Sequence record: OX638288
DNA from: Escherichia phage UP19
Reading direction: 5' to 3' (one strand)
Length of the DNA: 64,000 bases
This document shows positions 60,701-64,000 of the stretch, in pieces. The notes beneath the pieces are model-generated. The model was not told the DNA's origin. It searched no databases and worked only from the letters and a program-made list of their open reading frames with translations. The number at the start of each line of letters is the position of its first letter. The stretch's first letter is position 1. The translations under genes and the position numbers were made by a program.

Positions 60701-60867
60701 CTCCAAAATAATCTATCGTCGGGAATTTCTACACCCGCATCCTTCGTTTGGGCCAGTTCTACGAAATAATAGAAGTTGGCGCCTACGTCATCCCAAAGAA
60801 TGCTCACATGGTTAGCCGAGAGCTTATCAATTCTCAGACTAGTAACATAAGGCGCTTGTACAGACAT
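57772..60867 (-). CDS. 7: baseplate wedge initiator gp7
   Basis: 1031 aa (T4 gp7 is 1032 aa). Confidence 0.9.
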   Translation of the reverse strand: MSVQAPYVTSLRIDKLSANHVSILWDDVGANFYYFVELAQTKDAGVEIPDDRLFWRNLGYTPNNEWFEEAFISPNSFYKMRVAVAAQGFEQSEWVYTEEFETFSTNAYTFEHMREFTLSNKFIEEKFTKNNQNYVNFNTDAIMASLMTEDFNFTPAYSHLSSISNYVLKADRFHEIQGSIQAVCKDPRRSILMELGGVLYLLERFQSTAKVSNDKGQNWHYIRLFNDRVGNPVSRTAHYQTETTTYVLGYDQIFYGRKSSDIRWSADDVRFSSQDVTFAKIGSDIDLPFEIEIFGSYAKLPLPISTIAEAMCASDDFIYVAGRDRVYKAKTSEAPIDTDPSSPTYGEKIFESGYSTITGNPKAVCYKLDSIQGHTFALITGEVKEEKMDPTVEANVIDSESKGVYWLDVETDTWTRVFGNTEEERRRIEHGYTSMSTDGEELFFSSSNFRYEVEVDSELPWKYPEIVTSAVKYVKDEQWIHNKHYLMMSFRSNSKSDFKEFKPGRMAYYAEPFFSWSRRDGTRSWITTGDHAMVVYNDALYQKVIDLNSGSSPERIVHEIWNKGFCKVTSPNIEFNGFKKYSSGMMIHKSTGELVGYFEFDYRVRDEVRVIWKPKEIMFTAELQNQEHEIPWAPKEETGEQDPDLKPLLVKMVPDSYLLQDSNFEKFCEYYLQFISDGSGTHYNNLLNLIRNQYPREEDSWEYLWSEIYKRNIYLSKEKRDEVVRFFQARQSDFWSTKGTEASYKFLFKLLYNEDVEIDIESKNSIEYDIIVESDNISEDIVGQTIYTPTGRSNVTYIERNYKDGKLQWRLTIHNLLGRFIVGQEIKSERTSFKGMIVQGVRGKELLSNNIDYINRNRSYYVMTIKSNLPTSRYRNDVLRFVHPVGFGFIGITLLSMFVNVGLTLKHTETIINILKNYKWDSGLPSEWYDRVAVIGFDGNIERDPRTGAPMYNVGPKAGEPFDIPADYDAENDFSVFQGQLPHERIKKHSPLFDQSAVTFANWRALVDKRLKDDIGNPRDPKVPTQVKIND

Positions 60868-60894
60868 TAAATCTCCTTAAACCTCCGAAGAGGC

Positions 60895-62853
60895 TTATAT
60901 TGTAATTGGTTCCAACTCTATAGTTGTGTACTGAGGACGAAGGTCATCTTCAAATACGATTAAAGAGCCGTCTTTGGTAAAGATGTTGTCTTGGTCTGGT
61001 CCTGCATAAAGTTCAATAGACTGGACTTCAAAACGGTCGGAAGTAAGGCCTATTGCGGCGATATCCCAGAAAATAAAGTCTGAGTAATAATCAATTTCGC
61101 CAATAACATAGTAGACCGATTGGTCTGCAGGAGCTGCCATTTTATCGAAGTCATCTCCGGTATAAGGTTGGATGTATTGGTTTTCAATTACATCACCTGG
61201 ACGGAAAGGACCTATAACCATTTTACCATCGCCTCGTTCGTCTTTATCTGTAGCAACAATACGTACGTTATAAGATTTAATATCATCTGATACGTTTGTT
61301 GGGACGAACTCAAATTCACTAGAAGTTACAGAACGGTTGGTGTATTGATTATAGTATTTAATACCCGCTTCAGGTGTTTTGAAGAAGTTTAATACCTCGC
61401 GAACCATTGTTACCGTGGCCGAAGAGCCAAGGATACTGTGGTCTGCGTTATCAATATAAGTCAGCATTTTAGACTTGGCAAATCCATGGTTGAATATTTC
61501 AACTTCGTTAATATAATAACGGTCTATTTGGGAAAGGATTTGAGCCGTTAGCCATTGTTCGGATTCCTGTAATTTGTTCAGTGCATATGAAACCTTAATT
61601 TTATGCTTTAAGAACAAGTAGTCCGGAGAAATAACCGAAGGAGTAATAGGCGCCAAGTTAAATTCTGAAAGATAATTTTGGATATCTTCACGTTGAACCG
61701 CTGTCAAATACAATCCTGATTTTGGTTTAATAGTAACAAAGGCGTAACCTGGTTTATTTGGGTCTGTAAAGGTTTGTACTGCTTGTACAATAGAACCAAA
61801 TCGTTCTGAAACGAATGTATCATAATCTGTACCGGTTACGGCACGCATCTGGGCTTCGCGTTTAACTACAGCCAGTTCACGAATACGTTCGATATCTTCA
61901 GGGTCACCGCCACCATCAGCACCTACATAATCCGGATTCCCATCATAGTTTTCTGTAATTTTTTCAACCGTAATATATGCCAAAGAATCCGCATAACTAA
62001 AGTCCACAGCTCCGTTAGCAACTTCACCATCGGTACGAAGATATTCTATAACAATGGTAGCATCTTTAACAGGTTTTAAACCACCAATATAGTTAGCTTC
62101 TAATACACCACCCGCAACTGATTTTTCGGCAACGCCTTCACCAAAGAAGAATTCAGTATTACCATCTACGGTTTCACGCATATAGTAAATGGTTGATGTA
62201 CTACCAGCATGAACCATGGATTTATTAGTCCAGTTAGTCCATTCTGCACCATCGACATAAAGTTTAACTTCTTGTCTATCAATATCCGGGTCACGAATAA
62301 GAATAGGGGTTTTAGGGTCATACTTAAGTTCAGTACGAATAATACGACCTTGTGCTAAAGATACAATAGGGAGATATTGGTTATTAACATCACGTACGGC
62401 AATAACGTTTTCCGTGGTAACAAAAGCATACGGGTCTGCCGAAGTATCACGAGCATAGGCCAAGAATTTAGTACCACGTGGAATACGAATATTCTTTTCA
62501 TTAAGGGCCTGAGTACAGGTCAACATAATACTTGTTTTTGCCGCTGATTTAGAACTAGGAAGATATCCGTTATCTTGTGCAGCCTGGACAACCGAAGAAC
62601 GAAGGTTTGCCGTTCCTATAAAAGACTCGTATAAAGCTGTGTTAGCAAATTGCTGTATATAAAGAGTATTATAAGCAAGCATATCAATAAGGATATTCAT
62701 TCGAGAACCAACGAAATCGTAATCCTTAAATTCTTCCTGGCTGGAAAGCCAGTCTATAATATTCTTTTTAATTTCTTCAAACGTAGCTCCCACAAATACT
62801 TTTGGGATAGCGTTAACGGTTCTTGTTAATTGGTAATTCGTAGGAGTAGCCAT
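60895..62853 (-). CDS. 6: baseplate wedge protein gp6
   Basis: 652 aa (T4 gp6 is 660 aa). Confidence 0.9.
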   Translation of the reverse strand: MATPTNYQLTRTVNAIPKVFVGATFEEIKKNIIDWLSSQEEFKDYDFVGSRMNILIDMLAYNTLYIQQFANTALYESFIGTANLRSSVVQAAQDNGYLPSSKSAAKTSIMLTCTQALNEKNIRIPRGTKFLAYARDTSADPYAFVTTENVIAVRDVNNQYLPIVSLAQGRIIRTELKYDPKTPILIRDPDIDRQEVKLYVDGAEWTNWTNKSMVHAGSTSTIYYMRETVDGNTEFFFGEGVAEKSVAGGVLEANYIGGLKPVKDATIVIEYLRTDGEVANGAVDFSYADSLAYITVEKITENYDGNPDYVGADGGGDPEDIERIRELAVVKREAQMRAVTGTDYDTFVSERFGSIVQAVQTFTDPNKPGYAFVTIKPKSGLYLTAVQREDIQNYLSEFNLAPITPSVISPDYLFLKHKIKVSYALNKLQESEQWLTAQILSQIDRYYINEVEIFNHGFAKSKMLTYIDNADHSILGSSATVTMVREVLNFFKTPEAGIKYYNQYTNRSVTSSEFEFVPTNVSDDIKSYNVRIVATDKDERGDGKMVIGPFRPGDVIENQYIQPYTGDDFDKMAAPADQSVYYVIGEIDYYSDFIFWDIAAIGLTSDRFEVQSIELYAGPDQDNIFTKDGSLIVFEDDLRPQYTTIELEPITI

Positions 62854-62861
62854 TTTAATTC

Positions 62862-63155
62862 CTATTTTATGAATACTTTAGATGAGGCTTGTGCGACTGT
62901 ATCTCCGCACGAAATAGGGTCTGCCATTTGGACAGCCTTTTTGCCTGTAACATATACCTTTGATGTTCTAGGTTGGGTTACCCCACCGTGGGTTTCATAT
63001 GGTTTTTTAATTTCTGTATGAGGAGTTATTGGGTCCCCATCGACTAATACAGGAATGCCGCCTGTAAATACTTTACCCTGGGTGGCATTTATTACTGTAG
63101 GAGGCCATGCTTCATGACCTGCCGTTACGCATTGGTTATAACTTAAGCCCGACAT
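62862..63155 (-). CDS. 5.4: PAAR-repeat spike-tip protein gp5.4
   Basis: 97 aa (T4 gp5.4 is 97 aa); PAAR-like ..[15 protein letters not shown].. Confidence 0.85.
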   Translation of the reverse strand: MSGLSYNQCVTAGHEAWPPTVINATQGKVFTGGIPVLVDGDPITPHTEIKKPYETHGGVTQPRTSKVYVTGKKAVQMADPISCGDTVAQASSKVFIK

Positions 63156-63652
63156 TATGGCCTCGCATATACATATTCTCTGAGTTGATTAGCCCATTTG
63201 CTCCAATTACCCACTATAACCTTGGTATAAACCTTAGTAAGAGTTTTTCTTACCGGTGCTGGAGGAGGGTCGGTTTCGTTACCGGCTCTAGAATTACTTC
63301 CTCCTGAGCTCCCTGTATCACCTCCTGATGACTCTTCCTGAAAGTCATAGATTAATGTGACGCTATAGGAAAAAGTCTTCTGAAGATTACCAGGGGCTTT
63401 CCAGAGGTATAATTGAGTGCTCTTGTCCTCTGGTAAATCTTTCCATGAACCTGCGGTTTTAAATTCATCACCTAATCGATATTTTAACGCATCTTCAGAG
63501 AATCCAAATACCGATTCATAGGTTCCGTATAAACGAGCCCCATCGACAATAATGCCTTCTGTTGGCTCATATTCTGTTATATTTATTTCAACTAATGTTT
63601 CGTTTGTTTCTAATTGAGCGGTAAACGTAACATCGATTGAGGCTCCTTCCAT
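63155..63652 (-). CDS. 5.1: baseplate-associated protein gp5.1-like
   Basis: 165 aa from ATG 63652, the only in-frame start with a good SD (AGGAG); track start 63736 would overlap gene 5. Confidence 0.6.
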   Translation of the reverse strand: MEGASIDVTFTAQLETNETLVEINITEYEPTEGIIVDGARLYGTYESVFGFSEDALKYRLGDEFKTAGSWKDLPEDKSTQLYLWKAPGNLQKTFSYSVTLIYDFQEESSGGDTGSSGGSNSRAGNETDPPPAPVRKTLTKVYTKVIVGNWSKWANQLREYVYARP

Positions 63653-63686
63653 GGAGTCTCCTAAATCCGTGCTCATAGGTAAAATA

Positions 63687-64000
63687 TTAGCCAATGTCAA
63701 TCCTCGAACCATCAATAGTATATTGACCGGACGCAATAGAACTCATAGTCGACATAGTTTCAGACCAATTACCGGCAACAGTCATATCAACGTTTCCGTT
63801 TACCGACCATTTAACGTTTCCATTTACTGTATAATCATGGTTGCCTTCGACTAATGTTTTTGCATCACCTTTAACAGTTATATCAGCATTGCCTTCAACA
63901 ATAACCGTAACATTTCCTTTAACAATAAGGGCCCCGTCGCCTTCTACCGTTTTGGTTTCATTACCACGAATATGGATGCTTTCAGAACCGTCAGTCTGAC
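63687..64000 (-). CDS. 5: baseplate central spike / tail lysozyme gp5, C-terminal beta-helix part (5' end outside window)
   Basis: Minus-strand frame open to window edge; translation shows octapeptide beta-helix repeats (..VEGDGALIVKGNVTVIVEGNADITVKGDAKTLVEGNHDYTVNGNVKWSVNGNVDMTVAGN..) ending ..GSRIDIG. Confidence 0.85.
   Translation of the reverse strand, partial: QTDGSESIHIRGNETKTVEGDGALIVKGNVTVIVEGNADITVKGDAKTLVEGNHDYTVNGNVKWSVNGNVDMTVAGNWSETMSTMSSIASGQYTIDGSRIDIG

Overview
This 64-kb window is a contiguous segment of a T4-like (Tevenvirinae-type) myovirus genome; gene content and order match the T4 map read in reverse, from nrdB to the 3' end of gene 5. All calls rest on motif and gene-order recognition by eye, with no database search run. 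Plus-strand early/middle block (1-18.4 kb): nrdB 3' end, denA, rnlA, alc, the spanin pair pseT.3/pseT.2, pseT, cd, gene 31, rIII, a hyperplastic block of small ORFs, DNA ligase (gene 30) and two tandem full-length alt paralogs. Baseplate hub and recombination block (18.4-29 kb): genes 54-48-29-28-27-51 on the minus strand, divergent 26-25-uvsY on the plus strand, then uvsW on the minus strand. Head and tail late block (29-64 kb): inh, hoc, rnlB, two tandem gene-24 paralogs, 23, 22, 21, 68, 67, 20, 19, 18, 17, 16, 15, 14, 13, wac, 12-6, 5.4, 5.1 and the 3' end of gene 5. Three free-standing homing endonuclease genes are present: an HNH gene between uvsW and a uvsW.1-like ORF, an HNH gene between genes 18 and 19, and a GIY-YIG segD-like gene between 23 and 24. 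Three promoter classes are visible: early GTTTAC-type promoters embedded in inverted-repeat cassettes, MotA-box middle promoters, and TATAAATA late promoters, some arranged as palindromic or face-to-face divergent pairs. No tRNA, rRNA or CRISPR array was found. The best candidates for something undescribed are a NADAR(YbiA)-like plus HAD-hydrolase gene pair upstream of ligase and the Alt ADP-ribosyltransferases, a 350-nt ORF-free structured region after rIII, and the duplicated promoter/leader cassettes carrying unrelated small ORFs.
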